34,057 nt of DNA from Stramenopiles sp. TOSAG23-3 (lineage: Eukaryota). The DNA is taken from positions 1-34,057 of the forward strand of contig LT642206.1 in the NCBI GenBank assembly GCA_900128585.1. The letters are read 5' to 3'. Shown here piece by piece: positions 11,101 through 20,500 of this stretch; the first letter of the stretch is position 1, and each line of letters opens with the position of its first letter. The notes under the pieces are model-generated. The model was not told the DNA's origin, ran no database searches, and saw only the letters and a list, made by a program, of their open reading frames with translations. The position numbers and the translations under genes are program-made.

Positions 11101-11614
11101 GGCATTAGGAGCAAACTCAGTAAGCTCAAATAATCCATACTTGTCTGTAATCCACCTGGCTTCTCCTGTGCAAAAGAATCGTCGGCCAGATACCGCTTCC
11201 AACTGCAACAGGAGTCCCTCACACCTGGCTGCTTCACTGAAGTCTCCATCTGCTATTTCCCAGAGCAAAACCATGAGACCCTATTCAGCTAGCGTGTCGT
11301 CCAGGCGTAGCATCCAACGCCCCTTATCAAAATCCATGCCGGCAACAAAAGTAAAACACCCCGACGGCAAGAAAAAATGCAAACGAAAAGAACAAACCTT
11401 GGGTCAGGTCAGTTCTCCAATGAGGGGTTTCCGAAGTGTGCCTGGAACGGAGTACGGAAAGCCATCGACACTGCCGTGGCCACCGCCCTTGGATTCGCCC
11501 CTGTTCGAGACTTGGGTGGAAGCAATCAGTGGAAAAGGCGTTGATCGATCATTAGAAAAAGAAGAAGCGGAGAAGTGTTGGAATGAGCTTTACGGCGGAA
11601 GCAAAAGGCGTTGA
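8147..11614 (+). CDS. Protein with three Tudor/Agenet-like repeats and ankyrin repeats, 1155 aa
   Basis: Three repeats of F/W.xG..V..N....G.W....I......T.D/T.Y..G..E..V....R (about 8600-9155). Ankyrin motifs GRTILQAAAYSGNVGLVRALLALGAD and GMTALHYAVMYRRINIIEKLTAVGAD. S/P/K/R-rich tail. Confidence 0.85.
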   Translation: MLIRRELAKLGVTEQEEIPKWRLAYPLHSRNGRVGFKSSTGRSIFPRTPAYTLDEFRRDEKYRTAHAVRKRMYGKAAPPMDIYHQPLRRTKGLPAAVRELRPAIEKIRQKIGTVKQQSEDERYKKLGFRHGFKRKEKEKAKEEGFWLPEGTAFFKGMRVEVNWRQKGRWFTGKIRNINLNYKNGQEATTFDVQYEWGVPTEEGVTFQNIRPTCKRFEWFKGQTIVVNHLGKGVWFTATVAHVHNEKYNDEGTIDIRYDSGFPSYETRIPYEYVRHVDWHVGQPVLGNYKNNGRWCKAIIEKCRGDVTWGKGTVTIRYTEWGDDRLESNVDQSRLRPCMEDNPNLMPGPGQHMISLVLKAPSIASKSPGPNSSSVMDSLASSEHDGIPSDLDAKGWFWRRSGPQNSYREENKEEGAGDKTKSHWVLPKKTGKFQLKVRLAGETVPKMYLSYGLNGHFIPKPKKKLNPFEKKLEEQRANLQLRQKRLAREKFANRDFGQSSPAMIAISGPGALPLKRRGSGMERITLKLPHKYLQGVGMDLPRFASSIDAIKYEANYVYFYLTVKPGNSTRLRVHVQKGTNGTGTVVTSATKDIRSFQNLSTENRGRTSKSVALSQSSSAMSRFEHFDAPFSSSTLSSVSSSKHLLNACNCAQRGEREKVLATLLRHPALVHQRQEKQGRTILQAAAYSGNVGLVRALLALGADSSIQDDSGKMATDIARERAESEGLHKRLKRQLYYIGGLCDPKSIFRACIEDDMLRIGVLLAEAPTSVRQANNHGMTALHYAVMYRRINIIEKLTAVGADWGSPNIIGQTPTDLIWDVAPASSLNLRTIEAEQRVHLCLKEEDRTRRVAANALRKIREADGPHDKEVAENQLHEAQVAHQESISATEKARIHVDVSKAHLGEDITAAIHEIIDARERGLKLLVPYIPPKKKVLQKPVRAPWTPTSSPKRAAEHSVYAYDVDQKKNWESRVSKKSALYAYDTGSMALGANSVSSNNPYLSVIHLASPVQKNRRPDTASNCNRSPSHLAASLKSPSAISQSKTMRPYSASVSSRRSIQRPLSKSMPATKVKHPDGKKKCKRKEQTLGQVSSPMRGFRSVPGTEYGKPSTLPWPPPLDSPLFETWVEAISGKGVDRSLEKEEAEKCWNELYGGSKRR

Positions 11615-11706
11615 ATAAAGGGGGGGTTAGAGACACGGGGTGACAGGGGTGTGGATTAAATATTTTCAATTTTTGTAAAAAATTTAATTAACATCTCTCA
11701 ACGCCT

Positions 11707-14211
11707 TTACCGCGAGTATAAAACTTTGATATTTCTGTCTATTTTCCACATGTAGTCCACGTCTGCGATAATGGTGGCAATGTGCATTTTGTCTTCCCAG
11801 CTTAATCTGTCTATGCTGCTGTCGTCTTTGATAAATGGTCGTTGTTGCGTCACAGATTCCATGCGGATCTTAACGATGTTGTTAGAAGCAGAATCAAGAA
11901 CATGGCAACAATCGTTGTCGTCAACCTTCCCTTTTAAACAATACTGGTGATGCGCGTCTCTAACAGATACATATAACAATCGATCACCTGTGCTCAATAT
12001 ACGAGATCGCCACGTTGTCCACCATAAATGCAGATAATTTCCTGTGCATTGCTCTGGGGCAATCCCCCCACCGCCAATTCCCCTCGTTGCTTTTCCTGCA
12101 GTCGAGGCATTTCTTATGGTTTCAAACAAACAGTGAAATGCCAAAGTAGTCCTTTCCCCCTCTCGGCCATCAAACAGTGGGGATGGGTTTCTGAGAACTG
12201 GTTTTCGAAATTTTATTCTCCAATAATGGTACGATCGGTACAATTTTTCATTACGAATTATTTCTGACAAATGTTCTGCCAGAGAGCGCACGGACGGCAA
12301 ATATTGTACTGCAATGAATGCACTCGGCCCAAATTTCACGACATCCTGTATATCGAATTCTAGAATATCGGGTGGCCCAAGTACTATGGGGATCGCTCCA
12401 GAGAGGAGTGCTATTTGCAGTTTCTCGTCAACGTAGCTTTCGCACAACGAATTCATTGCTACAAGTTCAAACATGTACATTTTTGATAGTTTTGATTTGG
12501 CCGTTTCCCACCCGTGGGCCGATCGTCCAGCGCTCCCTGGTATATTTGGCCAATCGGTGTTGTGAAGACAACGCCCATATGATTTTAGAATGATTGCAGA
12601 CCTGCCTGCTGCCAGTTGGGGACCATTTAACGTCGAATTTAGTAACAAAGCAAAACGGTCTCGATCACTCGCAGTGTTGCAATGCGAGTAGACGTAAAGA
12701 ATATGGGGAAGGCGTGATGTAAAATCTGGTGCCGGCCCTGCCACATCGTACCTCATGGTTTCAGTCATGGGACAATTGGAACGTTTGCTACGAGTAGCAC
12801 TTACTTGAAAAATGCCCGAAAAAGTGGGGTCTTCCAGAATTCTGTCCGTCGTATATCTGGACGATTCATACGACAGGACTGCCCACACCTGGCCGTGCGG
12901 GCGGTCTTTGAAAGGCGGCGGGGCCATGTAAATTGTGGGAGCATGGTACAGAACAGCGTTTGCACGAGGCAAGCAGAAGCGGTTGAGAGTAATATAAGTC
13001 GTTAGGTCACTTCCAGTGACTTTAAGTATCATTTGCTCAGGCTCCATTTTTCCAGCAGATGGTATGCAAAGCACATCACCCGGTTTCAACTCTTGCGGGG
13101 ATTTTCCTTGGTTGTTGTTCATCAAATTACCAAGAGAAACGCGGTAGGTCTGCGAGATGGACCACATACTATCTCCACTCTTAACAGTCACACGTTTGGA
13201 ACAACGGTTCAGAACGGGGAATCCAGAGACTACATTTACAAGAATCGAATCATCAGGAATCATCTTTCTAAGAAACAGAAGTGCGTTTCCTTGGTCAGAA
13301 TACACGTCTGCCCAGGCAAGAATGAGTAAGCTGTTGTCGTCTCGCTGCGCTACATCAGCTTCGGCGCACTCTGAGGACCTTCCTGTCTTTCCCTGGAATT
13401 TTCTACTTTTCCATTCTATGTAGTCGGTTGTAAAGATCTGCTTCTGCAATCCGTACATACCCGGGTAAACGGACGCGCCAGTGCCAATCGATTTGCGTAC
13501 AAATGCAGGTTTTACGAATAGTTGGGTATACTCACTGTTGCTGACATCCACCTTTTGGGCTGCGTAAAGCCACCCGTTGCTGGAGAAGCCAAAGCAATGA
13601 GAAACTTTGTCACACGCATTCCCGATTGTGTTCAATGCGGTCCCCGTCACTTGGAACAAGGGCAAGTGCCTAATATCCCATGTGATTTTGCCCAAGCTCC
13701 GGCAATAATGGGAGCTGCCGTGCTTGACAAAGAGCACCTCTTCTTTCAAAATTACCAAATGAGCCAAGGAGCGACCGTTCGATGCGATTCCGATACAGGA
13801 AGGCGTAGAGCTACAGCGGTTGGATTCCATCATTTGGGCGCTATATCCGAATCTGTTGCTGGCACCATTCCAATCCCCCACGATAAATTCATGGTAACTC
13901 TGACGATATTTATCACACAGACCGTACACTTCCACCCTCCGCCTTTTCGAGTTCCATCGATGCAAGATATAAGACGCAATGATCCCACCTTGGTACTTGA
14001 AACCTAGTATATTTAACTTGATGGAGTTCGGCATGAACAGTACACCAGCGCAATCTGATAGGAGCAGAGCAAACAAGAGGTGCATTACTAGCTTGAGCGA
14101 ACGGAGCGTTTCACGTCCCTCCCCCCTTCTCCCCGTCTTCATAGCCGGGTAATTTTGGTACCGTTCATAGTACCTTTGTTTCATGTACCCCCCGCTATGC
14201 GTTTGATTCAT
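11707..14211 (-). CDS. GT10 alpha-1,3/4-fucosyltransferase-like protein with a LysM domain, 834 aa (alternative start at ATG 14085)
   Basis: LysM VTVKSGDSMWSISQTYRVSLGNLMNNNQGKSPQELKPGDVLCIP. GT10 motifs ANAVLYH, SYES, YSHC...R, SYGRCLHN, YMFELVAMNSLCESYVDEKLQIALLSGAIPIVLG, YRSYHYWR. N-terminal hydrophobic segment. Confidence 0.85.
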   Translation of the reverse strand: MNQTHSGGYMKQRYYERYQNYPAMKTGRRGEGRETLRSLKLVMHLLFALLLSDCAGVLFMPNSIKLNILGFKYQGGIIASYILHRWNSKRRRVEVYGLCDKYRQSYHEFIVGDWNGASNRFGYSAQMMESNRCSSTPSCIGIASNGRSLAHLVILKEEVLFVKHGSSHYCRSLGKITWDIRHLPLFQVTGTALNTIGNACDKVSHCFGFSSNGWLYAAQKVDVSNSEYTQLFVKPAFVRKSIGTGASVYPGMYGLQKQIFTTDYIEWKSRKFQGKTGRSSECAEADVAQRDDNSLLILAWADVYSDQGNALLFLRKMIPDDSILVNVVSGFPVLNRCSKRVTVKSGDSMWSISQTYRVSLGNLMNNNQGKSPQELKPGDVLCIPSAGKMEPEQMILKVTGSDLTTYITLNRFCLPRANAVLYHAPTIYMAPPPFKDRPHGQVWAVLSYESSRYTTDRILEDPTFSGIFQVSATRSKRSNCPMTETMRYDVAGPAPDFTSRLPHILYVYSHCNTASDRDRFALLLNSTLNGPQLAAGRSAIILKSYGRCLHNTDWPNIPGSAGRSAHGWETAKSKLSKMYMFELVAMNSLCESYVDEKLQIALLSGAIPIVLGPPDILEFDIQDVVKFGPSAFIAVQYLPSVRSLAEHLSEIIRNEKLYRSYHYWRIKFRKPVLRNPSPLFDGREGERTTLAFHCLFETIRNASTAGKATRGIGGGGIAPEQCTGNYLHLWWTTWRSRILSTGDRLLYVSVRDAHHQYCLKGKVDDNDCCHVLDSASNNIVKIRMESVTQQRPFIKDDSSIDRLSWEDKMHIATIIADVDYMWKIDRNIKVLYSR

Positions 14212-15129
14212 TGTTCCACTGACACCCGCATTTTACTTTCATTCCCTAAAACATCGCGCAATGAAAGAAAGGACGCGTTTACGAGGAGTCTGTTTTCTGC
14301 CTCTTCCTTGAGTCCATTGAATAATTTCTCTTAGAGTATACGGGATCCTAAACTCGGATCGCCAACGACATGCCTCCAACATCATAGCGCAGAACAAACA
14401 AGAGAAATAGATATTAATGGCCTTTGCAATGAGGCTTATGAAATTTAATTATTTATGTATACCCTTATAGTTTTTTTNNNNNNNNNNNNNNNNNNNNNNN
14501 NNNNNAAAATTTTATTTTTTATGTGTGTTAGTAATTGTGGAGACTATGAATATTCATGTTTATAAATATAGAACATAATCAGGGAAACAAATGGATTGCA
14601 ATATAAATAGGATAACAATACGATAAATTGGAAGAATTTGAGGGATTGAACCAATATAATAGGTGGTAATTGTATTGATAAAATTATAAGTATAAATAGT
14701 ACGCAAAAGGTTTTTCCGCGCGAATTTTGAATGCCGAACACGCTGTCGCATTCCTGGGTAGACTTTCTTGACGCTGTCTTCATGTATTTTACAAACATAG
14801 GGAACAGCATTATTGAGATTCAAATTTCTTAATTTTCTTAAATTTCAATGATACAGTACAGTAATACAGTACTGTGCCATGTATAAAAATGTAAATTATT
14901 GTTTTTTTTTACGGAATTACAATGATACACCACCATCGATCGAAATGATGGGCGGAATTTAAAATTTAAATCGAATAAAAACGGGATTACAGGTACATAG
15001 TATTAACAATATATCGAATCGGGGAATTAATTTCAATTTTCTTCTTTTCTTTTTTACTTTTCCGTAAAAAAAACTATTCTTCAACAAGAATTTTTGCCCT
15101 TTTTAATTGTGTTTATAAACAATACCAAA

Positions 15130-15268
15130 CTAAAAAAAAAAAGAAGGAAGAAGAAAGAAGAAGGAAGAAAGAAAGAAAGAAAGAAACAAACAAACAAACA
15201 AACAAACAAACAAACAAACAAACAAACAAAACAAACAAACAAACAAACATACAAACAAACAAACAAAC

Positions 15269-15320
<52 letters not shown>

Positions 15321-15322
15321 AG
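15130..15322. repeat. Compound (GAAA)n/(CAAA)n microsatellite
   Basis: Directly visible GAAA block, CAAA block, GAAA block. Confidence 0.95.
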
Positions 15323-15980
15323 ATCTCGATGTTGATTGCGTCATAAATTAAAGGATTGTATTACATCTTCATGAATTATATTTTTCATTAACGTACATTA
15401 TACAATATTAATAATTATGTAAGATATAAAAATAATTATATTTATCTATCCTTAATACATCAAAATCAAAGAAAAGAAAGAAAAGAAAGAAAAAATTTAA
15501 TTCTTCTTTTTTTTTTCCTCTTCTTACAGTGCTACTTCTTCTACCTTTTATTCTTGTTGTTGCCTCATTTTTTAGTTTTTTTGTTTCTATTTTAATTATT
15601 TTATTATACCAATGTTGTGTACGTGTTCATCAGATGTTGAATTTGGTGAAAATACTTAAAATTTAGGTAATACAAATCGGTCTGGTCAGTTTATTGTATC
15701 CTATACTATTCCTATGTTACTTTTTATAGATGACAAAATATCTTCTACAAACTAAAAAAAAGAAGGAATGGATTGGCATGTATCAGGAAAGGAGTAATGT
15801 GAAGCGACCCGACGTTTGCATTCTAAGATCAAAGACTTCTGAAACAATTTTATTCTGCCAGAGGCGTTTAACAAAATACAACAAACAAAAGGGCATTATT
15901 GAAAATTACTGCCATTTCTGCCGTTTAAACTTTCAACTCAACGCGATAGAACGCAACACCCACTTTCACTTCAAAGAACT

Positions 15981-17237
15981 ATGACAACCTTCGTTGCTTC
16001 GGATAACTCTGGCTTTGCCGCTTCCCCAAACAAAGCTTTGACCAAAGCCGTGCTCCAGGAATCACCGCAATCCTTGCGAGATCTTGGAAAGGGTAGGTAC
16101 GCTAGAGACCAATCGGAATGCCGCGACACTTTCAAAGCTATCCGGAGCGCAAGCACGGAAGAGCAAAAGAATGACATCCTCGACCAAGCTTTGACTTACT
16201 TTATGGCCAAAGCCGAACAGGAGAAGGAAGCGTTCCACAACAAGCTGGAAAGTGCATCGAATTCCGCAGAAGAACTGAAGGGCCTCGAGACCGAAAAGGC
16301 AATCCGTGCCGCCGAAAGGAAGCGATGGACCCTCAAAACCCAGGGAGTGAACTCCGCGGAATTCGTGTCCTTTAGCGAGCATTACGTTGATTTTAAGAGT
16401 GAAGTCGCCCGCTCCATAGCAAACATTTCATACCCTTTCACTGCCGATGAGCTCACGGCCGCTTCCTACTGGAAAGACCAGACTGAGATCACCGCTAGCG
16501 ACCCGAACCTTGACGCGTTCGATTGCCAGCAAGCAACATTAGTAGAAGAAAAGTCTGCACAAGAGGTGGAAGAAATGTTCTCAGAAACGACCATGAAAGT
16601 AAACCCTGCGACCCTTCGCGAAGCCACGCACGCGGACCAAGCCGTATGCGACGTAACCGTGGGCGACGAGGGTGCATGGGCCATGGGCCCCTCTGCGGAA
16701 GCCCTGACCGCCGCTGAATTGGCATTCAACGAGACATTCTGGACACCACAAGAGAAATCCGCGCTTGATACACAGCTAGACGAGGAACGAGTCGTCAACG
16801 GCCTAAGTGCATGGAGATCATTCACTCGATCTGATATTATCGATACCGACTCAACTACCAAGAAGCAAGACGCGCTCGTAGCTGCCCGCGCCGCCCGCGG
16901 CCCACTCAGCAACGGTGCAATCAACAAACGCATTGCACGAATGGCACGCTACTTTTCAAAACGAGCAGAAAAAAACATTACTGTCCCAGCTAGTACATTC
17001 TTTTCTGGGTGCGTCAAATCGTTTACTAAAGCAGATGTAGTGGATGCCAACGCTAGGTACCAAGCTGCAGAGAACGCCTTCAGCGACAAGTGGGCTGCTT
17101 TGGGAGCACCATTCTGCGTTTCGAAAGAAGTCTTTGCCGTCCAAAAGTCTTTTTCTTTTGCGTCTCCAAAAGCAAAAGCAATTAAAGATGCCCATATGTC
17201 GAAACGCGCAGCAGAGCGCGCAGGCGAACGCAAATAA
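15981..17237 (+). CDS. Hypothetical Ala/Glu/Lys-rich protein with short internal repeats, 418 aa
   Basis: Long ATG-TAA ORF with coding-like composition. Repeats SFTRSDIID / SFTKADVVD / PFTADELTA. No family recognised. Confidence 0.8.
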   Translation: MTTFVASDNSGFAASPNKALTKAVLQESPQSLRDLGKGRYARDQSECRDTFKAIRSASTEEQKNDILDQALTYFMAKAEQEKEAFHNKLESASNSAEELKGLETEKAIRAAERKRWTLKTQGVNSAEFVSFSEHYVDFKSEVARSIANISYPFTADELTAASYWKDQTEITASDPNLDAFDCQQATLVEEKSAQEVEEMFSETTMKVNPATLREATHADQAVCDVTVGDEGAWAMGPSAEALTAAELAFNETFWTPQEKSALDTQLDEERVVNGLSAWRSFTRSDIIDTDSTTKKQDALVAARAARGPLSNGAINKRIARMARYFSKRAEKNITVPASTFFSGCVKSFTKADVVDANARYQAAENAFSDKWAALGAPFCVSKEVFAVQKSFSFASPKAKAIKDAHMSKRAAERAGERK

Positions 17238-17501
17238 ACAGCGCTCTCACGAAGGGAGGCATTTCCGTGAATCGGACACCCCAAAGAGATAAGAACATAT
17301 ATTAGTATCTTAGCTACACAGAACGAAATTGCCCGCGACAACAGATTGGGCGTTGGTTGGCAATTTTTTGTGCAATTAAGCTAAAGCTCCAGCGATGGCA
17401 AGAGCACCCTATCAATTCGATTGGCCCTCTTGCTTGTATTAATTAAAAAATATTATATAAATACGATATATACGTACACGTCAACAAAATAAAAATATTT
17501 T

Positions 17502-20500
17502 TTAAATCTTTCCGCCCTGTTCCCCCTTCTTCTTCTCCTTTTTTAATTTGTCTGCAGCCTTCTTGCGATCTTTCTCTACCTCCAACCGAGCAAGATGCAT
17601 ATAAGTATTTGCTTCTCTTGCAGCCTTCAGTTTTTCCAGCTTTGCAGCCCGCACGCGCGTATCATGCGCTTCCCTATCCCGATGCTCTTTCGCATCCTCT
17701 GCAATCATTTTCAATTTTGTTGTTTCTCCTGTGCCTTGATCTTTCGTTTTTGGTGCTGCCGCGGCATTTTCCGGTTGCCTTTGTTGAAGGGATATGCTCA
17801 TCAAGGAACCCTCTTCTTCATCGTCTTCGTGATCCTGAAATTGGGGCGGAGTTCCCCATATTCCAAAATAACTTTCGTGCTCTTCAACTGGAACATCCGC
17901 CCGTAACTCTATAAACTCTAACTCTTTTTGAGGCTTAGGCTGCCGACGCACAATTTTTCCATTAAAGAGAACGCTGTCTACTCCTTGATCATTAGGCGTG
18001 GTATCAAATGGATGAACCTTCGTCTGCATTTCTTCCCGCCACAATTTTTCACTGTGCGCATCATCTTCGTCAAATAAACGGGCACCGAAGATTTTCAAGC
18101 TTGCACGACAGAACCCAACGCCACAATGAAACGCGTTACGGCACGCCACGGTAGATTTTTGAATTTCAATCTTCAAAATATTTGCGCACGTCGAGCTAAA
18201 ATTGTACTGTCTTTCATCATCATTTGTCATGAACAAATGGAAAATTGCCCTCAACCCCAGCAATACGATATACATTACTGTAATAAGCAAGGCCTGGATG
18301 TACCGGACTGCAAAAACGGACACCATGCTTCCCATTAAAACAGTCCCGAAGGGTGAGAAAATCACTAGGTTTAACGGTTTATGAAACATTACTACCCTGA
18401 CATCTTCGCCCGTTTCTGGAAAACTACCCGAAACAGATTGTTGCGCGCGATGTTGGCACCAAATAAATCTGGACGTCTTCAATGCCACAAACACTAGAGG
18501 GACCAAGATTGCCACGATGAGCAGAACATCTGCGGCAAAGAACATGTCGCTAGGGACTTTACTTTGCCAATAAGTAACGCACAAGCCTAACTCAAGTAGA
18601 AAATATACGAAATTAAATTGCTGAACAAAGTTGCACCTTTTCTTTTCGCATCCAATATTTCTTAGAAGACATGATTCTTCCACAGCACATTCGCCGACGC
18701 CTCGGTTGCCACGCTTGCGCTCGCGGGCATGCTTACAAACCCAGTCACCATTTTTGAAGCATAGAATCAACCAAAAAAATAATAGCGAAGTGGCCTGGAG
18801 GACTGGTTTTAACTCTTCGTCGATTAGATTACCAAATCCTAACATGGCCAGGGCAATTGTCCTAATGTTTTTGAGTTGATCGTGTACAGAATAGACAGAC
18901 GCAGGATTTTCATTCCATGCTCCATAACCAGACTTCCGTTTTTGCCAACATCGTAGCAGTGGAAACACAATCGCAACTCCCAATACATACACAAAAGCAA
19001 GTGCGACAATAGTGTACTGCCACGAAAAACTATTGCCAAGAATACACTCCAAACCATCTAAGCGGAGGCTCGACTTTTCGTTTCTCCCCGCTGGGTCTTT
19101 GACGCAATCGAGCAAGCCTAAAACGCCAAGAAGAACGACAGCAAAAAATGAGTTGAAAAATACATTGCGTATGGCTCGGGAAAGAACCCACAGCTCTGTG
19201 TCGACGTCAACGACCTCAATATAGTTTCTGAAGCGGCGACAAGCGTACACCAAAATCATTGTGCTCAGATAAAAGAAAGGAGCGTAGAAATGGTCAACGA
19301 TGAAACCGACTCGTGCCGTTGATTCAAAGTTGCATTGGACCCATGACATGGACCACGGCAAGTATTGAAAATTGAAAATATTTATGGCAACCATGTACGA
19401 ACTGTGAGTAGCGAAGCTCCGTTTGCTCTCAAACCGTAAGACGGGATTCTCGTTGGTGTTGACAAGAATAAATAAAATTTGCATATGACGAACCAAATTG
19501 CTGTGAAAGGAAACCCAGGATATTCTCTTATCAAAAGCAGTGCCGTGGACTTGACCAGGGTAGTCGTAGTCGTCTTCGTGCGCCAACAAAAGTGGGATTG
19601 CAAACAAGTAAATGCAGATGCCTATCTTAAATAGACCTTCGACCACGTGCCCTGCACTTTTTGAATTCGGTGGGCATGGAATGCATACACCCCTTTCGCC
19701 CCGAAATGTACCCCCAATGCACTTGTTGCATGTTGATCTAGGGTCTCTGTTTCCATGGCACAGCCCGTCACTCAACCTGCAAAACCTTTTCTGGATACAA
19801 AACTGGCACTCGTCGACTGCTATAGCCCCTTGCCGAGAAAACATGTCGCGGTAGGGGCATATGGTACAGTTGGATTTCCCCCGGAAGTCATTGTACGTTG
19901 ACGCGTAACACTCTTGGCATGGTTTCACCCGGTTCGTTCTTGGATTAAACCTCCCTTTTTGACACAACTTGCATGTCGGTAAGCCCTCTTCGTTGCTATA
20001 ACGCCCGATCTCGCAACTGGGGCAATCAGCCGCCGCCAGCCGATTGCTATATTTGCCGATTGCGCAGGGAATGCATTTATTCATCGCACTATCGTTCGTA
20101 AATTTTCCGGTCCCGCAGGGGTCACACTGTTTTGCACCGTATCCTTTTCTGATCTTGCTGAAGTATCCTGGTTTGCAAGCAATGCATGATGACTTGTTTG
20201 GGGCACCAAACACTTCATTATGGAACCCATCCGGGCAATTGATACATGAGTAATTATTTGCGTATTGACCTGGAGTACACAGCCCGCAGCCACACAGGGG
20301 GTATATTTCAACGCTCTTGATGGCCCCGAAAGACGACGAACCACCAGTAATGTACAGTTTATCGCCGACGACGGCAGAGGCATGGTCGGCGCGGTTTTCA
20401 GGCTCTCCATTTAAGACCCCAGTGTATTTGACTTTTTGCCACGACTCAAACGCACCATTGCTTTGCTTTTCAAGGTTAAAAAAGTACATATCATTAAGGT

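Noticed and set aside
15081-15351. ORFs on both strands through the GAAA/CAAA satellite (also 29460-29834, 29549-29740, 3387-3584)
   Set aside because: Open only because the simple repeats lack stop codons.
15730-15984. 84-aa ORF overlapping the start of the 15981 gene
   Set aside because: AT-rich, different frame and no recognisable features; more likely leader sequence or a uORF than a gene.
17359-17372. GGCAATTTTTTG resembles the U4 snRNA Sm-site context
   Set aside because: The upstream sequence lacks the U6-pairing 5' region of U4, and the motif is paired within a predicted stem.
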